Origin: Raillietiella orientalis
Taxonomy: Eukaryota
Direction of reading: 5' to 3'
Assembly (NCBI GenBank): GCA_036172245.1
Contig: JAYWIR010000033.1
Coordinates: 434,001 to 498,000, forward strand
Length of the DNA: 64,000 nucleotides
In this document: in pieces, positions 25,715-38,745 of the stretch
Layout: each line of letters begins with the position of its first letter
Numbering within the stretch: the stretch's first letter is position 1
The notes under the pieces: model-generated
Database searches by the model: none
The model's input: only the letters and a program-made list of their open reading frames with translations
What the model was told of the DNA's origin: nothing
Position numbers and translations under genes: made by a program

Positions 25715-27354
25715 TGGCTGGGAAAGTGGCGTCGCGACACCTGCCGCGGGGCAGGTGTAGGAAAGGTCCATCGGTACGAGGATGGAGGCCTCTTCAGGCG
25801 CCTGGGGTACCTGTTCGGCCTCTATCCTCACCATTATCTCCGTGTCCGAGCGTGGAATTCTCTCGAACGACGGGTCCCGGGAGTTTCCCACGCTCATGGC
25901 AACCTCGCTACAGGAAGCCATCTCTTCCCCTTCGTCGGGGGACACGATCTTTCGGGGCATTCTGGACTTTCGTCCTGCCTTTTTGCGGGGTGCCGCGGAG
26001 ATGGATGCTGTGTTTCCGGCCTTCACCTCGGGGTCGGAAGTGGCCGACTCCTAAGGGGAAGCCGGACGCCTGACGGCGTTCTTGCCAGCCTTGGGGGCAA
26101 CCGGCTGCAGCGAGGCAGCCAGCTCTTCCGCGGCGCGCTCGAAGGCGACGTCATCGAGCGTGGGCTCGATGACGGACGCCGCTGCCAAGCTCCCCTCCTT
26201 GTTGACTTTGTGAACGGAGGGTTGAACAGGGGCAGCAGCGAGTTCTTTAGCGCCGCATTCGTCGATGGCGGGAATCCGCTCTACAACGACGCAGCAGCTT
26301 TTAATTTTTTTCTCGACGCAGAGCGGTTTCGCTCCGTTTCGCCACGTTCTTTCCCTTCTTATGGGAGTTTTTCTTGGGGTCGACTTTCTGCCACCCTGGC
26401 TCTTGACCCTCGCCTCGACCTTTTCGGCGTTTTTCGCCGACGTCTCGGGGCTGGCCTTCGCCTTGGTGGCGGAGGTGACCTCCTTAGCAGCAGCACGAGC
26501 TGCCAGCTTCTTTCTGTGTTTTGCCGCGCGCTTTCTCGCGTTTTTCGCGCACACGACACGGACTGTGTTTTGGTGGCACACCAGACGGGTGTGCCCCGCT
26601 TGTTTGCATTGCTGGCACTGCACGCTCGGACACCTCATTTCGAGGTGACCAAAGCTGCTGCAGCAGCCGCAAAACTTGGGTTTCCCCACGTACCACACGT
26701 CAACGGATTCACCGTTGACGGTGAGTTTGTGGGGAAACTCACATCCCCCGCGAAATGCCACTCGCGCTGCATCCAGACCGCCAAGCACCCCGTCGTAATC
26801 GACAAAAGGAGTAGGCTTTCCCAACAGCGCGTGGACAGTTGCAAATTTTTCTAATTCGTTCCGGACGGCCTCCTCCGTCATCCGAAACGTGATACCGGGC
26901 AGGTGAATGATCACCGACCGGTCTTCAGTAATGGGGAGAAGCCTCCGGCTGCCCATAATTGCGGGGGTTCGCAGAAGTCTCTGCGCAAGAGTTGCGTCCT
27001 CGCAGATAACTTCCAGAAATTGACCCTTGCTTTTGACGGACATAGCCAGAAGCTCCTCTTTTTGTACACCGAGAACGCGCATCGCCTGCGAAAAGGCGCG
27101 CGCGTTCTCGATAGAATATAAACCGCCTACCTTATATAGAAGGGGTCGGTTGTACCCCTCCTATAGGTAAGCGCGCATTTCCGCCATAGCCACTGGCGTA
27201 GGTGCCGCAGCCACGGCGTTCCAAGCCCTGGGAAGGGCCGCGGCGCACATATGCTGGCGGAAGCCTCCACTGATGCGGGAGCCCCCACCTCCATCTCCTC
27301 CGGGGGCAATAAGTTAATCGCCCCCGGATCCTCACCGGTGGTGGTATCAGGCAT
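25712..27354 (-). pseudogene. B2 ORF1 with two CCHC knuckles
   Basis: Pieces 27127-27354, 26051-27082 and 25712-26026. Confidence 0.88.
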
Positions 27355-27437
27355 TGCTGCCTAATCTTTCACCCACACCACGCACAAGCACCAACGGAAA
27401 TGAAACTCAGCTGCAACGAAAAGACCGGTCCGCTCGA

Positions 27438-30400
27438 CGCTCCGGAATCTCCAGGACTGGGACCTTTTTAAGGAATCGGTCCGCGAGTTCTGTGAGCAGT
27501 TCCCCCTAATCGCCTGCCCCCCGGATTCGGCAAGGGTGCTCGCAACCATCGGGTCTATTTGCAGGCTCGTAGGTACGAGAGAACCCCTAATGTCCGTCTT
27601 CTGGACGAGTACCGCGCCGGGGCCGAACGCCAAGCCTGGCAATCCGGGTCGGCCAGCTTGCTGGACGACCAGGGCCGGGAATGTTCGTCCCCGGCGTCGG
27701 TACGGCATCTTGTGCGGAGTTTTTGTTCCTCCCTTTACGCCAGGGAGCCCCCGGATCGGAACGCTTCTCGGCGCTTGCTTCCGGATGGCGCTCCGGCAAT
27801 AGGGGAGGAGGAGATGGAAAGCCTCGACGAGCCTTTTACCACCGGCGAAATTCTCGCCGGTAGCAAAAGGCTTAAGAGGCGTAAAGCTCCAGGGAAAGAC
27901 GGCTTGTTCGCGGAGTTCTTTCAGAGCTTCGCGGAAGAGCTGGCATCCCTCCTGCTTAAGTTTATCAGGCTGATTCGAGACGAAGGCGATGTTTTCGCCT
28001 CGTTTCCGTCAGCCAGAGTGAGGCTCCTTCCGAAAGGGAGAGACCTCAGGAATTTAAAGAACTGGCGTCCGATCTCGATCGTGAATACGGACGCCAAGTT
28101 GATAGCAGGGCTATGGGCTTGGCGTCTTGGGCAGGTGGCAGAATCCGTTATTAGCCCGGAGCAGACTTATGCTCTTCGCGAGCGAAGTATGGATGCCAAC
28201 ATCTTCTTCGCAAGCACATGGATGCACCTACAGAGAAGAGAAAAGAAAGGGAGAGGGAAAGTCGGCAACGCTACATTGGGGCCGCCAGCCGGGCTGGGAA
28301 GGGAAAACTGGGCGGGGAAGGGGGCCCTGGCGCTCGCAGTCGATCTCCACAAGGCGTTCGACTGTGTAGACCAGGAACTCCTCTTAGAGTTCCTGGGTCG
28401 CATGGGCTTCCAACCCTCTCTGATTTCCTACCTGCGCTCTTGCTGGCGGAATGCGATGATTACCGTCTCTTTCAGTGGACAGAATGTGTATGGCGTGCCG
28501 GTGCGGCGAAGCATAAGGCAGAGCGATAGCCTCAGCCCCCTGCTCTTCAGCACCTACTTTGATTTGGTGCTGAGAGCGTACAAGGTGACTTTGGCCCCTT
28601 TGCCGAACTCGTGCCCCGGCACGCCCGCCGTAGCAGCGTACGCCGACGATCTTCTGCTCTTGTTGCCAATGTCCACCCCGGCAAAGGCGGTCGGAGACTT
28701 CTTCGATCTGCTCAGCCGCGGAACCGGACTGCAGATTAACAGGGCGAAGTCGTCGTTTGTGCCAATAGGTGCGGCGTGGGCAGGGCAGCAGGACTGGGTC
28801 CGTCTGGGGATCCCCACGGCGAGGTGCTTCAAGTATCTTGATGTGTCGTTGGGGAACTACTCCCCTGCGGAAGCGTGGTCCAGCTGCCTCCAAAAAGACG
28901 AGACGGCGATCGGCCCGTTCCTGGGAGGCAAGTTTCACTTGCCGGAACGGGCCGCGGTTTGGAACGCCTTCGCGGACTTCATCCTGCGCCCTTTGCTTTT
29001 TTTTTGCCCCCCCACTGTGGAATCCAAGAGGAGGACGAAGGACCTCCTCCGTATCGCCCTTTGGGGCAAGGGGAGGCCTTGAGTCCCTCTGAGGGACTTG
29101 TGCGCTCCGCGTTGGGTCGGCGGTCTTGACCTCCTGACGCTGGAGCGTGTGGAGAAGCAGCTGCGGTGGCGAACCCTCGCCATCGCAGCAAAGATGTGGA
29201 GCACCCCTTGGTGCACTCCGGCTTGCCTCCTGGCCAGCCGTGTGTCACGGTGCGATGCACTCGTGTCTTTTCTTCTGAGTGGTGGCCGGAAGATGCGAAA
29301 ATGCGGCCTACTGCTTGGGCGCCTGGCAACATTGGCCAAGGAGAACAGCTGGATGGTTTGCTGCCCCGCCAACTCTCCCGCCTGGCTGGAGGAGAATATT
29401 GGAATGTTGGCAGTGGTTAACCAGAGAAGCCACGAGGCGTGGAATCGTCTCCGATGCAGCTTTTACGCCCTCTGCACGCTGCGGAATCTCCTGGAGAGTC
29501 CAGCAAGATGCACGTGGGCAGAGACGACCTGCCTAGCTACGGCGCTCCCCTTTCTGAGGAGGGCACTTCACAGCAGCCGGACGTCAAGGTGGCAAGTCTC
29601 GTGCTGCATCGAGGGACGCGAGAAGTTGATTAGCGGCTGGACAACAGGAGAACTGGCCGACGCCACGACACCGAGCTTCCAGCCGCGAGGACTAAGAAGA
29701 TGGGGCGAGCTGCTGGCCTTCCCTATGGATGTGCTGAAGTGACTTCCGCTTCTTCAGGAATCCAGGATCCTGCCCCTAAAGTGGAGAGAGTCGGCGTTGC
29801 TGTTGTTGCATTGGGGTTTACCCTGCAACGCACGCCGCTCTCACTGGACAAGAGGAGTTGTGGATCCTGCGTGTGTCAGGTGCGGAGAGCGGGAATCGCT
29901 CTTCCACCTTATTGTGGACTGTGCTGCCCTTCGTGTTCTTTGGGAACGCTTTGGTAGGATCCTCTGTCTCCCTACGGACAGTTCCTTTAGAGACGTTCTT
30001 CGGCTCTCTTCGTGAAGGGCGCCCTGCAGGCAGCCGCAGATTTGCAGCCATGTGCTGCGTCCGAGGCATCGTGGCGGCATGGAGCGACACCAACAAGGAA
30101 GGAGTGGGTCAACACGCGAGGGATGTCATCCCATATGCCCAACGCTTCTTGCGGAGAGCTGCTGGATCGCCCCAACTGGGGAATATACAGATGGAGCTCG
30201 AGGGCTTCCTTCAACGGATGGGCCCTCCTCCCAGCGAACAGTGATCCCTTTTCTGCCCCCGAACCTCATTTGTTTGTTTGCGTTCTTGTTTTTATTTTTG
30301 TTTTTTCCCATCCCCTTTCGTTGCCGGGGAGTGCAACGCCGGGCTGCGTCTCGGCGTCCCGGTAGGTCCCGTGCATGAGGCTGTGAGCGGGGCCTGGTAC

Positions 30401-30453
30401 CGCGATTGTAAAGTTTTTTATAAATAAACGCCTTGGGCGTCCCCGGGTGGCAA
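27438..30453 (+). mobile_element. Family D element, 3' portion (linker, RT, zinc finger, 3' UTR), host of B1/B2
   Basis: ORF 27559-29082 with WRPISIVN, DLHKAFD and AYADD; CVRC..LFHLIVDC near 29870. Ends AATAAAcgccttgggcgtccccgggtggcaa. Confidence 0.92.
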
Positions 30454-33182
30454 CGCCGAATCCCCGGGGCAGATGTTGCACAGGGAACTGTTCGCAGAGC
30501 TCCCAAATTGAGTCCTTAAATAGGTCCCAATCCGCGAGACTCTGGAGGGTGATACCTCGCAGGAATTCACGAAGATGTTCTTTCCCTCCTCACACGCGCG
30601 TCCATTCCCCTTGCATACGCCAATCCCTGGATGGCGGTCCCTTGTCGCGCGGGCGCATCTCGAATAATTACCGGGAATAGTCCAACAGCGTCGATCCAAC
30701 TGTCCCTCGTTTTCTTACCCGTCTGAACAGGTCTTCGTCGAGGAAGACGTGATCCACGCTGCTGACCATCCCGCTTATTTCTGTCAACAACTTGCGCGCG
30801 CGCATGGCGGAGCCCAACTCGTTGATCACGTTCCCCTTTGGTCCGGGCTGATCTGAGAGCAGGCGGACGTTGAAATCCCCTGCTATCAGATGCGCCTTTC
30901 GCACGTCCGCGTCCACCAGCTATTCGCGCTTCAAGGTTTCCAGTAACGCGTTGCGCTGCTGGTATCCCTGTTTACCGCTAGGAGCGCACACATTGGTGAC
31001 GATGAGGTCGATCGAATCGGACCACCTGAGAATCAGTTGGCCGATCCGTCCGCCGTCCTTAAAGCGCACGCCCTTCACGGCCGCGTTAATGGCTGGCTTT
31101 AGGAAGAACGCGACCTCACAAGTGTTGCGGGCGCCGCATCTCCAGTACAACCGCCCTCCCGCGTTCGTTTCGATGTCCTGGGCGTTTTTTGCGGTGATCG
31201 CGTGGATCTCCTGCAAATGTACCAGGTCGAAATCTCGCAAGGTGGCGGCTGTATCTCGTCTGTTTCCGTGGTCGCGCAGCCCGTTAACATTCCAACTGGC
31301 CGCGCGGATCCTACGGCGACAGGCGAGTCCAGGTATTATTCCTGGGAACCTCGCGGTGTTGCTCCAGCCACCTTTTGGGGCGGGTCGCTGGACGGGGTCG
31401 GCGTCTTGCCCACCAACTCCCCATCCTTCTTTAGTGCCGACGTCTCCGGCTGCCCGTGCGAAAGGGGTGTTGTTCGTACCTGTTGACCCACATCCATTGG
31501 TGCCGGTGGTTCAGGTTCGGCGGTTTCAGGGGGCACTACTGACCCCAGGTTACCCTCCTCCATTGGAATCGCCTCCTCGTCGACTTCCGCACGTGGGTGA
31601 TGCCCGACTTGGGCTCCCACGCTGCCATCCACTGGTTCCTCCACTATTGGATCCCCCTCACGAGTAGGCGGAATGCACCTTCGGGGTTTCTGGGATTTTC
31701 GCCCCGCTTTCCTTAGTAATGCTTCCGCAGAGGAGGATGCACTTCCGGCCTCCCGGTCCGACTCACCTGCGGGGGCCACTTTAGCCACTGCCGAACTACA
31801 CAACCCTTTTCGCGAAGGGTTCTCGTGTTCGGCATCTTTGCGAAAAGCTTTCCGGCGGCCTTCTCGAAGGCTGCGTCCTTGGTTTCGGCGATTTTGTCGT
31901 CCGGCTGACCCTCTTCGCAAGCAGGGGGTGGGTTTTCGCGCGCATTCGTCGCGGCGGGAAAATCGATCGAAGCCGTATCGCCCCCGGTTGTGACGGCGGG
32001 AACGTCAATGCGCTCCAGAGTAACCGTGCATTCCCGGAGAGTTTTTACACGCGACACGGATTGGGCTTTTGTTCCGGCCGCCGCCTTCTCTTCTTTCTTT
32101 GGGACATGCTTGTCCTTTTTTTCTTTTTTGGCTTTGACTAGATGCAAGCCCTGTTCACCCTCTGCGGTTTCGGGAAGATTTTTCTCCGATGCCGCGCTTG
32201 AAGCTTGAATTATTGGCAGCTTTTCTCGGCCAGTTTCACGGTTTTCTATTTTTTCTTTCCCCGCGCGTTTCCCTTGCGCCTTTTTAACGGCCGAGGAAAT
32301 TAGGGTGGGGCGTTTAGGGCACACGCGACGGACGTGTCCCTTCTCCCCGCACAAGTAGCATACGATGTTTAGGCACCTCTTACGGATGTGTTCGACCGCT
32401 TCACAGTAGCCGCAATACCGTGTCTTGCCCGCATACCAGAGGTCTACCGGTTCTCCCGCGACCTCAAGTTTGTAGGGTAGCTTCGCTTTGTTTTTGGGGA
32501 TTAAGCGTGCCGCGGCCAGGCCCCCGAAGTGGCGTCCGTAGCCCTCAAAGATTGTGGGCTTCGGCCACAGCGCGTGTACGTCCCCGTACTTACTTAATTT
32601 TGCTTTTAGGGCAGTGCGCGTCATGCGCTTGGATATTCCTGTCAAGTGGACCACTACCGAGTGGTCCATTGACACCGGGAAGATCTTACGGCCGTCCATG
32701 ATCAGCGGGGTATTTATAAGGCGATCGGATAGGCTGAGCTGTTGCACACCAGCTCAACCCGCGGCGCCCCGCTGAGCACGCACAGACCTTCCAGATCTTC
32801 CTCACGGACATTAGCGTTTTGAAGCGCTCTGCTGAAAGAGCGCGCCGTGTTTATTTCAAACAAAGGGCCTACCTTGTATACAAGCGATGGCTTGTATTCA
32901 GAGGCCCGATAGGCGGCTTCCTTGGCCATGGCCTCTGCACTGGGAGCGGCGACCATTTCACTCCAAGTCTTCGCCGGCTGCAAAGACGTTCCAGGGACTA
33001 TTGCCCCATAGCTGTAGGTCTTGTGGTAGAACTTGCCTCCCCCACAACTACATCCATCGCAGTGTCCTCTAACACGGCTGCCATCGGACACCGACGACCC
33101 ACACTTTACACCTGACTACACTAAAAACTCTGGTTGCTTCCCAGACAAGGCTGGCGGAGCGACCAAAAAACACGTCCACCCA
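30454..33182 (-). mobile_element. Element E (D-related lineage), 5' portion: ORF1 plus APE up to LPRGFG; host of D
   Basis: ORF1 pieces 32714-33091, 31713-32747 (CGYCEAVEHIRKRC, CYLCGEKGHVRRVC) and 31336-31920. APE has SWNVNG, LQEIH and GDFN. Confidence 0.9.
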
Positions 33183-33197
33183 CACCGGCTTTCGGCG

Positions 33198-36100
33198 ATG
33201 CCACCCGGATTCGCCGGGACGTTCATTAAAAACATTTCAACGGTCAATACACAACGTGGAACAAGGCCCCACTGACGACCACGCTATACTGGAACTGCCG
33301 GGACACCGGGACGCAGCCCTGTGTGGCTCTCCTCGGCAGTGAAGGGGGATAAGGGAGAAAACAAAAATAAAATAAAAGCGAAAAACAAACCACAAAAAAA
33401 AAGTTTGGAGGGCCATGAAGGGATCACAGAAGACTGCTGGGAGCGCCCATACTTTGCAGGATGCCTTCTGGTTCTATTTTCAGTTTTCCTAGATTGGGCC
33501 ATCGGGTAGCTCTCTGCAGGAAGCAAGAAGCATACTCGATGACGTCCCTCACGATGCAGCCTTTATCTTCGGCATCCCTCCAGGCCGCCACGATACCACG
33601 AATGTAGCAAAGTGCTGCCAGGGCTGCGGCTGGACTGAGGGCGTCCCGCACGAAGACAAGACTGAAGACACATCCAACATTGCCACCATCCGCTATCCGG
33701 AGGGCCGTTTTCAAACGATCCCATAGAATCTGGAGGCATGGCATTCAACTAAGAGGTGGAGGAGCGACTCCCGCTCCCCACACCTAACACACGCCGGATT
33801 TACTCTTCCCCGCGTCCAGTGAAAGCGGCGCGCGTTGCAGGGTACACCCCAATGCAGCCACAGAAGCGCCGATTCTTGCCACTTCAGGGGAAGAATCCTG
33901 GATCCAAGTAAAACCGGGGACCACTTCAGGTCATCCAATCAAATGTTGAGCAGCTCGCTCCATCTTCTAAATCCACGCGGCTGGAGACTAGGGCTCGTTG
34001 CATCTGTCAACTCTCCCATGGTTCAGCCGCTCATCATCTTCTCTCTGCCTGCGATACGGCAGCAGACTTGCCACCTTGGCTTCCGGCTTTCGTGAAGCGC
34101 CCTTTGGAGGAAGGGCATCGCCGTAACAAGGGGTGTGCCTTCCGCCCACGTGCAACTCGGTGGAAATTGAAGAATTTCACGGAGAGTTCGGCGGGCGTGA
34201 AAGCCGACTCGCAGGCAGTTCATCCGGTCTTCGCACTCCTGGTTCTGTTTGGCCAAAGTGCCAGCAGTCTCTTCCAGCTAAGCGGAGGAGTTGGCAGGGC
34301 CACAAACCATCCAGTCGTTCTCCTTTGCCAGGGTTGCCATGCGGCCGAGCATTAGACCGCATCTTCGAATCTTCCAGCCAGGGCACAGAAGAAACGATGC
34401 GAGTCCTTGGCAGCGGGAAGCACGCCTGGCCAGGAGGCGGGCCGGAATGCACCAAGCGATGCTCCACATCTTCGCTGCGATGGCGAGAGTCCGCCATCGC
34501 AGCTGGATTTCCACGCGCTCCAGCGTCAGGATACTGAGACCGCCGTCCCAAAGCGGAGCGCACAAGTCCATCAAAGAGACTCGGGGCCTCCCCTTGCCCA
34601 AAAGAGCTATGCGGAAGAGGTCCTTTGTCCGCTTTTTAATTTTCTCTGTGGAGGGGGCCAACAAAAAGCAGGGAGCGGAGGAGAGGAGCCGCGAACGTGT
34701 TCCAAACCGCGTCCCGTTCAGGCAGGAAAAACCTGCCGCCTCGGAATGGGCCAATCGCCGTCTCTACTTTTTAGAGGCAGCCTGACCACGCTTCCGCAGG
34801 GGAGTAGTCCCCCAACGGCATACCGAGGTACTTGATGCACCTCACCGTGAGGATCCCCAAACCGACCCAGCCCTGCCCACGCCGCACCAACTGGCATCAC
34901 GGACGAATTTGCCCTGTTCATCGTAAGTCCGGTTCCCCGATGCAGCACGTCGAAGAACTCCTCGACCGCCGAAGCCGGGGTGTACATAGTGAGCAGCAGC
35001 AGAAGGTCGTCCGCGTACTCTGAAACGGCCGGCGTACCGGCACAGTCGTACGGCAGGTGCGCCAGAGTTTCCCTTTACGCTCTCTGTACCAACTCAAAGT
35101 AAGTACTGAAGAGCAAGGGGCTTAGGCTGTCTCCCTGCCGGATCCCACGCCGCACCGGCACGCCGTGCACGATCTACCCGCTGATAGTAACGTTGATAAG
35201 CGCGTCGCGCAGCAGGAGCGCAGATAGGCCACTAATGAGGCCGGGAAGCCCAAGCGTTCCAGAAGCTCCAAAAGGATATTCTGGTCGACGAAATCGAATG
35301 CTTTTCGCAAGTCGATTGCTACCGCAAGGGCTCCGTCACCCACCCGACCATTTAACCCCCTGCGGGAGCACGCACCAGAATTCCGGCTGCGCACCAAACT
35401 CCTTTCCTGTTAGAGCTCTAGCCAGGTGGAAGCGTGGAACAGGTTCGCCTCCATGCTCCGCCCGGGAACAGCATATGTCTATTCTGGGCTGATGAAGATG
35501 TTGGCAACCCGTCCCAAACGCTCTGCCTACATCTTGACTATCAACTTGGCGTCCGGATTCACTATTGTGATGGGACGCCAGTTGTTCATGCTCCTCAGAT
35601 CTCCTCCCTTAGGGAGGAGCCGCACCTTTGCCGAACGAAACGAGGCATGAACTTCACGTATTTCGCGTATCAGCAACGTAAGTTGCTGTCCCTGTGGGGT
35701 AAGCTCAGCAGCGAAAGTTTGATTAAACTTCGCGGGCAGGCCGTCCTTCTTTAAAGCCTTTTGCCTCTTGAGCTTTCCGATGGCCGAGAGGATCTCGTCC
35801 ATCGTGAAAGGCTCGTCGAGGGTCTTTCTCTGCTCCTCCCCGATCGCTGGAGCGTCTTCCGGAAGCAGGAGTCGTGTAATGTTTTCCTCCGGAAGTGACC
35901 TGGCATACAGGGAGGAGTAGTAACTCCGCAGCAGGCCGCGGATTCCGACAGGTGCCGAGTGCTCCTGGCCCTGATCGTCCAGATAGCTTGCCGATCCGGA
36001 CTGCCAGGCTTGCCTCTCGGCTCCTGCTTTGTATTCCGGCAGCCTGCGGATGTCGAGGGTCCTGGCGTAACGACCAGCCTGCAGGTAGGCTCGTTCGTTA

Positions 36101-38725
36101 CGGACTTCGGTCCCAAAACCCGTAGGTATGCGGTGCAGAGGGAACTGGACGCAGAACTCCTAGAGCGACCGCTTGAAGCGGTCCCAATCCTGGAGTGTCC
36201 GCAGCCTCAAGCTCCATATGAACGTGCGGAGATGTTCCGCCGCGTCCGAGAGCTTCAGCCAGTCTTCTGGGAGACGCCACGCTGTCGAGGGGGGGCCCCT
36301 GTCGCGCGCATGGATCTCGAGGACTAGCGCGCGATGGTCAGACTGCTCGCACGGTAACTTGCCGCGCCTGCCCACGCGAGGGCACAGGTGCTCGTCAAGA
36401 AACACGTGGTAAATGCTGTCTTCCATCCCCGGTGCACTGGCCAACAAATTACAGGTGTGCACCGTCATGCACACCTCGTTGACCACGTCTCGCTCGGGAT
36501 TCTGCCCATCTCATTTCAGACGAACGTTGAAATCGCCTGCAACCAGATGGGCATTCCGCACGCCTGCTTCAGTCAGCTAGTCTCGCCGGAGGGCAAGGAA
36601 AAACTCTTTCTTCGCCCTCCTGTTCATCAGGTCCGCGCCGCTCGGTGCGTACACGTTCGTGACGATCAGATCGATCGAGTCGGACCACCTGAGTGTCAGA
36701 TGGCCGACACGACCGTTATCGTCGAACCGTACGCCGCGAGCCGCGGCCTCGACGGCAGGCCGAAGCAGGTAGGCGACACCACAAGTTTTCGCTCTCCCAC
36801 ACCTGTACCATAGCCGCCCTCCGGAGATCCGTTCGATCTCTTGCGCTTGTTCTGCAGAGATCACGTGGATCTCCTGCAGCAGCGCAAGATCGTAGGACTT
36901 CAGAAGGGCGGCGATGTCTCGTCTCCTGCCGGCGTCTGTCATGCCGGTCACGTTCCTAACGGCGATGCGCAGACGACGGCAGGAGGAGATTCCCGGCATT
37001 ACTGCTGAGAAGATTAAGTTGTGGGGGAGCCCTCCTCTTGCGAGGCAGGCGGGATGTCCATGGGGCTTCCGGCCTTCTCAGGCACCTGAGGCACCTGTTC
37101 GGCCTCCACCCCCTCCATCCCCTCCGTGTCCGCGCGTGGGAGTCTCTCGGGCGATGGGTCCCGAGAGTTGCCCACGCTCATGGCACCCTCGCTTGCGGAA
37201 GCCATCTGTTCCCCTTCGACGGGGGAGACGAGCTTTCTTGTCTTTGTGGACTTACGTCTAGCCTTCTTGCGCGGTGCCGTGGAAACGGAGGCTGCATTTC
37301 CGGCCTCAACCTCGGGGTCGGAAGTGGGGAACTCCTGAGGCAAAACCGGACGCCTTACGGCCTTCTTGCCAGCCTTGAAGGGTTCTGGCTGCAATGAGGC
37401 GGCCAGTTCCTCCGCGGCTCGCGCGAAGGCTACGTCATCGATGGTGGTGTCGATGACGGACGCCGCCGCCGGCTCGCTCCCCTCGCTGTTGACAGTGTCA
37501 ACAGAGGGGAGGTCGTCGGTAGCGGCGACTTCTTTCCGGCAGCGTTCGGCAACGTCGAGAACGCGTTCGACAACGACGCTGCACTCTCTAATTATCGCGC
37601 TACCCTGCTCTTTCTTCTTTTGTTGTTAGGCGATTTTCTTTCCCATCCTCCTCTCCTTCTTTGATTTTTTGGCCTTTGCCATTTGCCACCCAGTCTTCTG
37701 GCTTGCTTTCTCAACTTTTTCGGCGTTGGTCGCCGTGGTCTTTGATGCGGCCTGTGTCTAGGGCGCGGGTGGCACAGGCTTCGCGGCAGCTTTCGCAGCC
37801 AGCCTTTTCTGCAGAAGCCGGGCGCGTTTTTTAAGGTTTCTCTTGGAAACCACCCGCTCTGCTGCTTTTGGGCACACTTTTTTCGTGTGACATATTGTGC
37901 CGCAAACTTTGCACTGCACATTGGGACGCCTCTTCTTGAGGTGACCCGACGTATTGCAGAAGCCACAGTGTTTCGGCTTCCCCACATACCAGAGGTCGAC
38001 GGTTTCGCCTTCGACCACCAGTTTGTGGGGAAGAGTGCAGCCCTCCCGAACGGTCACGCGCGCAGCAGTGAGGCCGTGTTGCAGCCCCGTGTAGTCTTTG
38101 GAAGGACTTACTTTCGTCCACTGCGCGTGGATCGTTCCGAACTGTTCCAAAGCGGCGCGAACCTGTTCTTTGTGCATTCGCGCGGTTACGCCTAATAGGT
38201 GGACCACCATGCTGCGGTCCGCCGTAGTGAGGAGGAGCCTGTGCGTCCTCATCACAACGGGGGTTTTAAGCAGTCGTTGGGCTAGCTCTGCATGTTTGCA
38301 GATGACCTCAAGGTACTGAATCCCGCTGCGGATGGTCATAGCGCTGAGCTCCTCCTCTTTCACATCGAGAGCGCGCATGCCCTTCGAGAAGGCGCGCGCG
38401 CTCCCTAAAGAATAAAAATTGCCTACCTTTTAGAACAATGAGGGGTTGTACCCCTCCTCTACATAGGCCGAGAATTCCGCCGCGGCTGCAGGCGTTGGCG
38501 GCGACACAACGGCGCTCCACGCCCGCGCTGCAGCGGGGATCGATACTGTGGGGGCGGATGCCCCCACCTCCATCGCCTCTGGGGACGGCGTTTCCGCTTC
38601 CCCCTGGCCATCCCTGGTGGTCGCGTCAGGCATCGCTTCCTGATCGACCACCGAAACACAGGACGCTATCACTAGGGGAAACTTCCTGGCACGAGGAGCA
38701 CCGAGAAAACACGTCCACCCTGGAG
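33198..38725 (-). mobile_element. Copy B3, full-length but chimeric (B'-type 5' half, D-type 3' half), degraded
   Basis: ORF1 from 38633 (MPDATTRDG); ORF2 36999->33424 in many pieces. The two junctions lie at different target sites. Confidence 0.88.
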
Positions 38726-38745
38726 CACACATAGCATTCGACTGC
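38710..38745 (-). promoter_or_regulatory. Putative composite core promoter: Inr-like GCAGTC (target-derived) plus DPE-like GGACGTG (element-derived) at +28
   Basis: A(+1) at 38743 and GGACG starting at 38716. Same spacing at 27458/27431 and 57774/57747. Confidence 0.5.

Larger units (their letters stand above)
21909..27437 (-). mobile_element. Family B copy B2, full length (about 5.5 kb)
   Basis: ORF1 27354->25712 is frameshifted and ORF2 runs 25712->22122. 3' UTR with AATAAA and a hairpin; TSD on both sides. Confidence 0.95.

Noticed and set aside
20083..26854. Long opposite-strand ORFs (20083-21261, 25454-26854; also 8081-8857, 13719-14465)
   Set aside because: Antisense shadows of GC-rich ORF1s, with non-ATG starts, no recognisable motifs and no conserved ends.
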